From positions 1 through 64,000 of the IMG/VR virus record IMGVR_UViG_3300013286_000010: a DNA stretch of 64,000 nt. One strand, 5' to 3'. Of this stretch, positions 1 to 7,806 are shown one piece after another. A program made the position numbers and the translations under genes. Below the pieces are notes generated by a model that worked only from the letters and a program-made list of their open reading frames with translations, ran no database searches and was not told where the DNA came from. The stretch is from a virus. How positions within the stretch are numbered: position 1 is the first letter of the stretch; every line of letters starts with the position of its first letter.

Positions 1-150
1 AAAGGTTGCATGGAATACTATCATCATAAAAAGATGAAGGGCCGTCCTGAAAAATCATTTACCGAAGAGTTGCGTAAAGAACTATGCGAGAAGTTGTTCA
101 ATCATTTCCGCGAAGATATTGTCAAAGACAAATATAAGTTAGGACAATGA
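1..150 (+). CDS. 3' end of a hypothetical protein (truncated by window edge)
   Basis: Open frame from base 1 (KGCMEYYHH...KYKLGQ) ending TGA 148-150, 1 nt before next ATG. Confidence 0.7.
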   Translation, partial: KGCMEYYHHKKMKGRPEKSFTEELRKELCEKLFNHFREDIVKDKYKLGQ

Positions 151-151
151 T

Positions 152-1117
152 ATGAGAATTAGAGAACTACTATCAGAAGGTGGAAATGTATTTGCAGGTA
201 AAACAACTGGCATTAGGCTAGAATATATTGAACCTACTCTTGCAGCATACTTTACAGAATTAAAACATATTTTTCCAAACAAAGCTGGTATTTTTAGTAA
301 ACAAAATTTTGTACCACTAGGGTCGGTTGGTAAGAAAGCAGTTAGCGGAGATATCGATCTAGGCGTTAGCGCAACTGATTTACTAGACAAAGCAATGAGC
401 GACGAGAGTATTGCAGCATGGGGAGTTGATCCCAAAGCAGTACAGGCAGAATTTGAAGCCCTGCAAAAGCGTGCCAGAACCAGTACACCAGAACAGCTAC
501 GCATGAAAGCGTTCCTAAAACAATTAACATTGTATATCAACAGTCATGCACCTAGCCTGTACTGTGATGAAAAGAAAGTTACTGATGGCAACATCTTTGG
601 CTTATTTCCACAGTTAACTGACAAAGGTGAACATGTAGGTAGCGGTGTTCAAATTGATTGGATGATCGGTGATCTAAATTGGTTAAAGTTTAGCTATCAC
701 TCTGCGGCATACCCAGAACAATCTAATGTTAAAGGGCTGCATCGTACACAGTTAATGTTGAGTGCATTCCAAGTAGCCAATTTAAGTTTCAATCATGTGG
801 CTGGCGTTAAGGATAAGGCAACAGGAGAAGTAATTGCCCGTGATCCAGACGATGCATTAAAAGTATTAGGTCAACGTTTGGGATTTAAGATTACACAAGC
901 CGATGCCGAAGACTATTACAAACTACACGCATTGTTAAAAGCTAGATTAAAACCTGAAGATTACAACACATTGTTGAATGTATACTTTAAAATTTTAGAT
1001 AGCACTCGTGCAGATATTCCGGACGACATGCAGGACGAATGGCGTAAGCGCAAGGATGCACTAGGCCTAACTGGCAAGTTCCTCCCGGACAATTCAGCAT
1101 TAAAGGTGAGACAATAA
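152..1117 (+). CDS. Pol-beta-superfamily nucleotidyltransferase with putative capsid-targeting leader
   Basis: hG-S...D-x-D motif (LGSVGKKAVSGDIDL), third Asp in VQIDWM; N-terminus MRIRELLSE. Confidence 0.75.
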   Translation: MRIRELLSEGGNVFAGKTTGIRLEYIEPTLAAYFTELKHIFPNKAGIFSKQNFVPLGSVGKKAVSGDIDLGVSATDLLDKAMSDESIAAWGVDPKAVQAEFEALQKRARTSTPEQLRMKAFLKQLTLYINSHAPSLYCDEKKVTDGNIFGLFPQLTDKGEHVGSGVQIDWMIGDLNWLKFSYHSAAYPEQSNVKGLHRTQLMLSAFQVANLSFNHVAGVKDKATGEVIARDPDDALKVLGQRLGFKITQADAEDYYKLHALLKARLKPEDYNTLLNVYFKILDSTRADIPDDMQDEWRKRKDALGLTGKFLPDNSALKVRQ

Positions 1118-2961
1118 TGAGCGGCGTAGCAGGTGCAGATCGAGTTAAAAGCAGATTAGACTTTCAACAGTTTCTCGCTTCTTATCAACATTTACTGGGA
1201 CAGTTCCCGGGCTTTGTCAGCATGAAGCCAAGTGGTAGTTATAATAGCAATCCAGACAAACAAGACTTTGGTGACATTGACTTAATCGTACATATCCAAA
1301 GCGAAAAGGATAAGGCAACACTAAAGAAAGAACTTCAAGCGTTCTTTATGAAACAACCCGAGACTGTTATTGTTCCGTTCAGTAGTGCCAAACATGCTGG
1401 TAAGCGTACATACAATGCAGGTGAATTAGTCAGTGTTCGCTTCCATGATGATGCACTGGGCTACAGCGCACAAATCGATAACATTGTAGCATTGGATCAT
1501 TTGGAAGCAGGATTCAAACAGCAATTCTTAGACATGCCCGCAGAAATACAAGGACTGGTCTTGGGATTAGTTAAGATCTCTACTATCGAAACCGAGCCTG
1601 CTATCTTATTCCAAAAGTTAGGTATCAAAGCACAACCACAATTAGAACCTGATCAAGAATACGAGTTTAATTTAAGCGGAGTTGAATTGCAACTGCGCAA
1701 GGTCACTTACGAACCAGGTACATTCAAACAAGTTGGCAGAGACATAATCTGGAGTAGTAGGAATTACGACGACCTACAGAAGTTATTATATCAATACGAT
1801 TTGAATACCAACTTTGACAGTTTATTACAACAGGCTAAACAAAACATACGCAACCCACGTAGTAATCAACGTATGCAAGGTGTATTCAGCAGTATGATCA
1901 GCGTTAAGAGCGGCGAAGTCGGAACTCAAAAAGGTGCAGACAAAGAGGCAGCGTTGGCTAGAGTACAACAGGCATTTGGTGAATCTCGTAGATCAATATT
2001 TAGATCGTTGATGGAAAGTAATAATAAAACTGTTGCATTTGCATTTGGACGATTTCAACCTCCGACAATCGGACACGAACTATTGATTGTTGCTGTTAAA
2101 GAGGCCGCTGCTCAAGCAGGTGCCGATCATGTCATTTATGTTTCTAAAACACAGGATGCTAAAACTAACCCATTAGACATCGGAACTAAAATGGCATACT
2201 TACAAAAGATGTTCCCGGGAACAAACTTTGTAGCAGCCGATGCAACTGTAAGAACACCAGTTGAAGCAATCAAACATTTAAATCAAAAGTATAATGGGTT
2301 AATTTGGGTTGCAGGTTCGGATCGTTTGCCTGTATTCACAAAGTTGGCAAATGACTATAACGGTAAAGAATATCAGTATCAAAATATACAGGTCATTTCT
2401 TCCGGGGCACGAGATCCCGATTCAGAAGGAACTGAAGGCATGAGTGGTACAAAGATGCGTGCTGCGGCTTTGGAAGATAACTTGCAGGAATTTATGCAAG
2501 GACTACCAGGAAATATAAGTGAGCAAGATGCTATGAAATTAATGAACTTAATAAAACAAGGTATGCAAAAACCTGTCAAAGCAGCACCTGGCCCTAAATT
2601 GCCTAACACAACTGAAGCGACATTTAAGAAAAGTCCTTATGGTCGTACTGCCGCTAGCCAACAGCGTGCTAAAGATTTATTAAATCCTCCAAAGCCGCCA
2701 GAGCCAAAGAAAGATGAACCAGTTGCAGAAAAGATGATGCCAGCAAGTAATTTTGCAGGAACTCCTAAAAACAAATTAGGTTCAGCAGGACAATTAAAAG
2801 GCAATATGAAGCGTCCAGCAAGAGCAGGTGACCTGGTAGGTAGTGCTGAAGAAAGCCGAATTGTTAAAGGCGTTCCAATCAGTGAAGATGTTCAAAACAT
2901 CATGGACGCATTGATCAATAAGATTATATTCAATGAAGCAGTATCGAATAAGCGTAAATGA
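1117..2961 (+). CDS. Fusion: Pol-beta-fold nucleotidyltransferase + HxGH (cytidylyltransferase-like) nucleotidyltransferase + basic tail
   Basis: SGSYNSNPDKQDFGDIDL and AQIDNI in N-half; FGRFQPPTIGH, GSDR and MSGTKMR motifs in C-half. Confidence 0.75.
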   Translation: MSGVAGADRVKSRLDFQQFLASYQHLLGQFPGFVSMKPSGSYNSNPDKQDFGDIDLIVHIQSEKDKATLKKELQAFFMKQPETVIVPFSSAKHAGKRTYNAGELVSVRFHDDALGYSAQIDNIVALDHLEAGFKQQFLDMPAEIQGLVLGLVKISTIETEPAILFQKLGIKAQPQLEPDQEYEFNLSGVELQLRKVTYEPGTFKQVGRDIIWSSRNYDDLQKLLYQYDLNTNFDSLLQQAKQNIRNPRSNQRMQGVFSSMISVKSGEVGTQKGADKEAALARVQQAFGESRRSIFRSLMESNNKTVAFAFGRFQPPTIGHELLIVAVKEAAAQAGADHVIYVSKTQDAKTNPLDIGTKMAYLQKMFPGTNFVAADATVRTPVEAIKHLNQKYNGLIWVAGSDRLPVFTKLANDYNGKEYQYQNIQVISSGARDPDSEGTEGMSGTKMRAAALEDNLQEFMQGLPGNISEQDAMKLMNLIKQGMQKPVKAAPGPKLPNTTEATFKKSPYGRTAASQQRAKDLLNPPKPPEPKKDEPVAEKMMPASNFAGTPKNKLGSAGQLKGNMKRPARAGDLVGSAEESRIVKGVPISEDVQNIMDALINKIIFNEAVSNKRK

Positions 2962-3196
2962 TGTTCCGCAAGACAGCGGCGATGATGCATATCTAGCACC
3001 CGAAGATCCTATTCATGCTCTAAAAGCAGTTAGTATTATGGGCGGATTAGGTGGGCAACAGCGTCTTGCAGAATACAATGCTACATTAAGACCAGTAGTT
3101 GCGGGCAACAATAAAGGGCAAATACAACGCGAACAGAACATACGTCCTGGCACCGATGCGTGGTTTAAACTTTGGTTTGGACAAAATAATAAATAA
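2933..3196 (+). CDS. hypothetical protein
   Basis: 87-aa ORF filling the gap between neighbours, same strand. Confidence 0.65.
   Translation: MKQYRISVNDVPQDSGDDAYLAPEDPIHALKAVSIMGGLGGQQRLAEYNATLRPVVAGNNKGQIQREQNIRPGTDAWFKLWFGQNNK
3190..3195 (+). promoter_or_regulatory. late-promoter-like TAAATA
   Basis: ATAAATA 8 nt upstream of Dps ATG; similar to T4 late consensus TATAAATA. Confidence 0.5.
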
Positions 3197-3202
3197 TATA
3201 TC

Positions 3203-3646
3203 ATGGATAAATTAATTCAACTTACTCGCATTGGTTTTGGCACAACTTTTAGTTTTTATGTAAAAGTTCATTCTTTTCACTGGAACGTAGAGGGCAGTGA
3301 TTTCTACGAATATCATAAACTGTTTGAAGAAATCTACACAGAAGTCTACGGTGCAATAGACCCCTACGCAGAAAATGTGCGTAAATTAGGGGGATACATT
3401 CCTACTAGTTATCATAACCTCAGCATGTTAACCAAGATCGAAGACGAAGATCGTGTGCCCAACAAAGACGAAATGATACAAGAATTGTTACAAGACAGTG
3501 AGCGTATACAGATTGTTCTCAAGAAAAACTACGATGCTGCTGAAGCTGCGGGTGAACACGGGCTTTCAAACTTCCTTGCCGAAAGGCTTGACAACCATAA
3601 AAAACATGCATGGTTCCTGCGTGCTAGTTTAAAAGGATCAATGTAA
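3203..3646 (+). CDS. dps: Dps/ferritin-like DNA-protection protein
   Basis: HSFHWNVEG..F..YHKLFEE.Y and D..AE ferroxidase motifs, C-terminal KHAWFL. Confidence 0.9.
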   Translation: MDKLIQLTRIGFGTTFSFYVKVHSFHWNVEGSDFYEYHKLFEEIYTEVYGAIDPYAENVRKLGGYIPTSYHNLSMLTKIEDEDRVPNKDEMIQELLQDSERIQIVLKKNYDAAEAAGEHGLSNFLAERLDNHKKHAWFLRASLKGSM

Positions 3647-4017
3647 TGCGAGCTAAAGATTTTGTTAACGAAGTTAGAGGTGATGGTAAGATGCATCCTC
3701 ATATGGACAACGCTAACCAAGGCGCTGTTCGTATGCGTGATATCGGTGGATACGATCGTACCTATCACCTAAACCGTATTTGGATGGCCGCTGCAATGGC
3801 TGATGGTAAGAGTGCAAAAGCTGTTGATATGGATAGTGCCAGTTTTGTCGAAAAGTATAATGTGGCATTTCCTTACACTGATGCAGAACACTTGATGATA
3901 TTGGCTGCTATGGCCACTATTCCAACTGATAGCCAAGAATTAACCAAACGTGGTAAAAGTAAAGAACCGGATGATACTTATACAGTAAGTCCCGTAGCAA
4001 ATTGGATGAAGAAATGA
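3646..4017 (+). CDS. hypothetical protein with putative capsid-targeting leader
   Basis: TAATG coupling; N-terminus MRAKDFVNE. Confidence 0.75.
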   Translation: MRAKDFVNEVRGDGKMHPHMDNANQGAVRMRDIGGYDRTYHLNRIWMAAAMADGKSAKAVDMDSASFVEKYNVAFPYTDAEHLMILAAMATIPTDSQELTKRGKSKEPDDTYTVSPVANWMKK

Positions 4018-6125
4018 ACAACGAATTTAAAAAAGTAAAATCAAATGGCGAAACACGATTCGTGTTAGAATTCTCCGACGGTGGATCAACAAGTGCAGGC
4101 AGTATAGCTAGCGTAGAAAAACCACTAGGTGAACTACAGCGTAGAGCTGAACCGCCAAAACCTCGCAACTTCGTTGCCAAGAATGCCAAGATGGGCGGGG
4201 CTGGTCAGCACAAGGATAAGAAGAAGGCTGATAAGCAGGGTGATGTTAAACATCGTAAACCATTTGCTGAAGGCGATGTTGTTCCACTAGGTAAAAAGCA
4301 TCGTGGAGATTTAGAGGATACACGCTCATGCCCCAAGTGCGGTGGCGACTTACAAGGTGGAACATACATGGGACACCGAGTAAAAGTGTGCCATCCTTGT
4401 TCACAAGTTTATCTACCACCTAACAGCGGTATTGACCAAAAGGGTAATAAAATAGGCGAGCAAGGTGTGGCGGAAGGCTCTGAACAATATGATGAAATTA
4501 GTGACAAAGCATTCGATGAAGGATATGCTGGGTATTCTTATCGCAACATTTATCCCAAAGGCACTAGAGAATATGAGGAATATCACGAAGGGTGGTACGA
4601 CGGTCGCTTGGCTTTTGAAAAAGCAAACGACTACGAAAGCGACTTTTATATTTCAAGACCGGAGCAAGGTGTGGCGGAAGGTGAAAAGACTATGAGTCGC
4701 GCTGCCAAAGGTAATGAGAAATATGGCAAGGACGGCATGAAGGCACTAGCCAAGGCAGGTCGTGAAGGTGCTAGCGATGAGAAGCTAGATAAGATTCGAG
4801 ACAAGTATGACAACTATAATGAAGAAGCCAAACACGGTCTCTACTACAATGTAAACAAACGCAAGGCTGCTGGAACCAGTAGACCCGCATCAAGTCCCAA
4901 AGCACCCACAGCACAGGCGTGGAAGGATGCAGCCAAAACTGCTAAAAAAGAAAGTATAGCAGAGAGTGAAGGACGTTGTATGCAGTGCGGTATGAAAGAC
5001 TGCAAGTGTCCAGGTACCAGTTGCAAATGCAAACCTATTGCAGGTTGGGTACCGGGCAAAGGTTTCAAGAAAGCCACGGACGAAGCTGCCAATGCCGCAC
5101 AACAAGCTGCCATTGCAATTGCCAAAAAGAAAAAGCAAGGTGTAGAAGAAGAGTGGAGCAAGAAATACAAATCTAGTATCAACTGTAGTCATCCAAAAGG
5201 ATTCAGTCAAAAGGCTCACTGTGCCGGTAAGAAGAAGCACAATGAAAGTATGATGACAATGGAAGCGGTGTGCCCAGATTGCGGCATGTGCCAAACACAC
5301 GGCAATATTAGCGAGATTAAAAAAGGTGCTAAAGATTCAAATGGAGTTAGCAGTTGCTGGTCAGGCTATCATGCGGCTGGTACTAAAAAAGGCCGTAATG
5401 GTGGACAGGTTCGCAACTGTGTGCCCAACGAAGGTATAGCAGAAAATCCAGACTGGTACAATGACGAGGCAAATAGTATGTCTAGTAGTCAACTAAAAAG
5501 TCTATATAAACATGCAATGAAATTACGCCAAGCAGTTAAACGAATGCAGGCACAGGGTGATACATTAGAACCATGGCAACAGAGCAAAGTTACCAAAGCT
5601 GCTGATTATTTAGATGCTGTGTTCAATGCGGTGGACGACGAGCATGATATGGGCGAGCAGACTGAATTAGAAAGTGTAGGTATTCCATCATACGGCGTGG
5701 GCGGTTATCGCAATCGTGGCGATGATGAAAGACACGATCTAGATGATCCAGAACTACAACGTAATCGTCAAGAAGTCACATATTACAACATCACAATCGA
5801 CGGCAAACCTATTAATCCTGAACCAATCTTTGGTCGTAGTGCTACAATTGCATGGGGTAAGAAACATGCTGCCACTGGCGTGGATCTTTCCAACGCTATG
5901 ATATCTCCAGTTAAGTATACCGAAGATGCCTATATGGAATCACTGCAAAATATGTTAGAGCGTTCTGTGAGTCAAGCACAACATAACCTAATGGTAGGTG
6001 TTGCACACAATCCAGCATTTGCCCAAAAGGTAAAAGTTAAACGAGCTGTTGGACAAGAGTTTGCCAATGCAGATCAAGGTCACGACATTAGCAAACTACC
6101 AATCCGTGTTCCAAAAAAGAAATGA
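4014..6125 (+). CDS. multi-module putative polyprotein (head internal/cargo protein)
   Basis: Start probably ATG 4014 (ATGA overlap); about 13 short modules separated by E-ending linkers (EQGVAE x2, QGVEE, ESIAE, EGIAE, KPFAE). Confidence 0.75.
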   Translation: MNNEFKKVKSNGETRFVLEFSDGGSTSAGSIASVEKPLGELQRRAEPPKPRNFVAKNAKMGGAGQHKDKKKADKQGDVKHRKPFAEGDVVPLGKKHRGDLEDTRSCPKCGGDLQGGTYMGHRVKVCHPCSQVYLPPNSGIDQKGNKIGEQGVAEGSEQYDEISDKAFDEGYAGYSYRNIYPKGTREYEEYHEGWYDGRLAFEKANDYESDFYISRPEQGVAEGEKTMSRAAKGNEKYGKDGMKALAKAGREGASDEKLDKIRDKYDNYNEEAKHGLYYNVNKRKAAGTSRPASSPKAPTAQAWKDAAKTAKKESIAESEGRCMQCGMKDCKCPGTSCKCKPIAGWVPGKGFKKATDEAANAAQQAAIAIAKKKKQGVEEEWSKKYKSSINCSHPKGFSQKAHCAGKKKHNESMMTMEAVCPDCGMCQTHGNISEIKKGAKDSNGVSSCWSGYHAAGTKKGRNGGQVRNCVPNEGIAENPDWYNDEANSMSSSQLKSLYKHAMKLRQAVKRMQAQGDTLEPWQQSKVTKAADYLDAVFNAVDDEHDMGEQTELESVGIPSYGVGGYRNRGDDERHDLDDPELQRNRQEVTYYNITIDGKPINPEPIFGRSATIAWGKKHAATGVDLSNAMISPVKYTEDAYMESLQNMLERSVSQAQHNLMVGVAHNPAFAQKVKVKRAVGQEFANADQGHDISKLPIRVPKKK
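4458..4681 (+). repeat. 20-nt perfect direct repeat GAGCAAGGTGTGGCGGAAGG (4458-4477 and 4662-4681) encoding EQGVAEG
   Basis: Identical copies 204 nt apart; degenerate copy AGCAAGGTGTAGAAGAAG at 5134-5151. Confidence 0.9.
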
Positions 6126-6913
6126 AAATAAACGATTTATTAGAGTCAGACGACTACGAAATACATAACCAAGAAAAACTAGATCGAATATTGGTCAAGT
6201 TATGTGAGATGGTCATTGAAGCACAACAAGAAGATAGTGAATACTATGGTATGGTTGCTGCCGGTGTCCTCGATCCTGATAATAATTTAGCAGCTGGAGT
6301 AAATTATCCTCATGAAGAAGGCGGTCGTGTCCATGCAGAAAGAGCCGCAATGGAATTATATGAAAGCCAATATGGATCACCGGTTCCCAAAGGCAGCATC
6401 ATTATTACAACATTAAGTCCGTGTAATGAACACGCAGATCGAACAGCAGATAAGCGCCATGGCGAAAGTTGCACTGAACTAGTCAACAATTCTACTGTGC
6501 ATAAAGTATACTGCGGATACATGGATCCTAGTCAAGGTGACGACGAGCACGATGAGAGAACATTCACTTTAGAAGAAACTCGCAACCCTGCTATACGCGA
6601 GCTTTGCAAAAAGTTTGCAGATACATTCCTAGATGGTCATGTGTCTGAATCAGCAGCTTGGCATCGCAAGGCAGGCAAAAGTAAAACAGGTGGACTAAAC
6701 GATAAAGGCATTGCCAGCTATCGTAGAGAGCATCCCGGAAGTCACTTACAAAAAGCTGTAACTACTAAACCTAGTAAATTAAAACCCGGAAGTAAAGCTG
6801 CCAAACGCCGTAAATCATTCTGTGCTAGAATGGGCGGCAGTAAAGGTCCAATGAAAAAACCCAACGGTGAACCAACCCGTAAAGCCCTAGCATTGCGTAA
6901 GTGGAACTGTTAA
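6122..6913 (+). CDS. Zn-dependent cytidine-deaminase-like domain fused to a basic DUF6321-like domain
   Basis: HAE and SPC..C motifs; C-terminal AW.RK.GK...GGLN..G.ASY...RRKSFCARM...ALRKWNC; leader MKINDLLE; junction HVSE/SAAW. Confidence 0.75.
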   Translation: MKINDLLESDDYEIHNQEKLDRILVKLCEMVIEAQQEDSEYYGMVAAGVLDPDNNLAAGVNYPHEEGGRVHAERAAMELYESQYGSPVPKGSIIITTLSPCNEHADRTADKRHGESCTELVNNSTVHKVYCGYMDPSQGDDEHDERTFTLEETRNPAIRELCKKFADTFLDGHVSESAAWHRKAGKSKTGGLNDKGIASYRREHPGSHLQKAVTTKPSKLKPGSKAAKRRKSFCARMGGSKGPMKKPNGEPTRKALALRKWNC

Positions 6914-7107
6914 TGCGTATCTTTGAACTTGTAGAAAACTTTGCAGATGGTCGAAATCCCCAAGACAAGGGCGACAGCAAGAGACATGGCATCAATACCA
7001 AAGCCAGTGTAAGTAGTCTGCGTAAAACTGCCAAACAAGGTGGTCGCAAAGGACAATTAGCTCATTGGCTAGCCAATATGAAAGCTGGACGAGCAAAGAA
7101 GAAATAA
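6913..7107 (+). CDS. small basic protein with putative capsid-targeting leader
   Basis: TAATG coupling at 6911-6915; MRIFELVE/NFADG. Confidence 0.7.
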   Translation: MRIFELVENFADGRNPQDKGDSKRHGINTKASVSSLRKTAKQGGRKGQLAHWLANMKAGRAKKK

Positions 7108-7109
7108 AA

Positions 7110-7208
7110 TCAAGTGCCGATTTACCTTTAAGCCACATTGGCTGTACTACGAAAAAACAGGGAAAGCTCATAGTTAGGGGTCCTCGGATGCCCGGTTAAC
7201 CACTTGAC
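7110..7208 (-). ncRNA. candidate ~100-nt structured small RNA
   Basis: Terminal inverted repeat TCAAGTG (7110-7116)/CACTTGA (7201-7207), two internal hairpins, minus-strand TAAATA at 7213-7218 just upstream. Confidence 0.35.
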
Positions 7209-7212
7209 ATGA

Positions 7213-7228
7213 TATTTACCGATAAATA
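7213..7228. promoter_or_regulatory. back-to-back late promoters TATTTA-CCGA-TAAATA
   Basis: Same architecture as TATTTA-CCAA-TAAATA at 54140-54155. Confidence 0.55.
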
Positions 7229-7233
7229 TATCC

Positions 7234-7776
7234 ATGTATAACTTTATAAAACAACTACAAGAAGGTAGAGTAATTAAAAAATTAGAGCAGGTAACATTGC
7301 CCTATGCTCGTGACGGTCTTGGTCGTAGTCTAAGTAAAAAAGCAATAGATTATCATTATGGCAAATTATACGGCGGATATGTAACACGATTCAACGCCGG
7401 GGAGGGTGATCCAGATTTTAACGAAGCCGGTGCTTTCTTACACAGCATTTATTTCCCACAAATGCAGCCACCAAAAAATTCAAATCAACCTGCTGGTAAA
7501 TCTCTAGAATTTATCAACCAGCATTTTAAAAGTTTTGACAAGTTTAAAGAAACGTTTGAAAAAATTGCTATGGGCATACAGGGCAGCGGATGGGTCTATC
7601 TTGCCAAGAATGGAGAAATCAAAACTATCGTTAATCACCAAATCAAGAATGATATCATACTGCTAATAGACTGGTGGGAACACTCTTGGGTTCTGGATTA
7701 CCAAGCGGACAAGAAAGGTTATTTAAATAACCAATGGAAAATTATTAATTGGAATTTAATTAACGAAAGATTGTAA
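7234..7776 (+). CDS. sod: Fe/Mn superoxide dismutase
   Basis: LPY..., HYGK, FN.AG...H, GSGW and DWWEH motifs, four metal ligands retained; leader MYNFIKQLQE. Confidence 0.85.
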   Translation: MYNFIKQLQEGRVIKKLEQVTLPYARDGLGRSLSKKAIDYHYGKLYGGYVTRFNAGEGDPDFNEAGAFLHSIYFPQMQPPKNSNQPAGKSLEFINQHFKSFDKFKETFEKIAMGIQGSGWVYLAKNGEIKTIVNHQIKNDIILLIDWWEHSWVLDYQADKKGYLNNQWKIINWNLINERL

Positions 7777-7783
7777 TTAAACA

Positions 7784-7805
7784 TAAATACTCGTGGGAGC
7801 ACGAG
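7784..7805 (+). promoter_or_regulatory. late promoter plus RBS-sequestering hairpin
   Basis: TAAATA 7784-7789 followed by CTCGTG-GGAG-CACGAG hairpin (7790-7805) enclosing the SD of the HNH gene. Confidence 0.6.
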
Positions 7806-7806
7806 A

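Noticed and set aside
4458-5151. Direct repeats as a CRISPR array
   Set aside because: Only two perfect 20-nt copies 204 nt apart, in frame within a CDS; no cas genes
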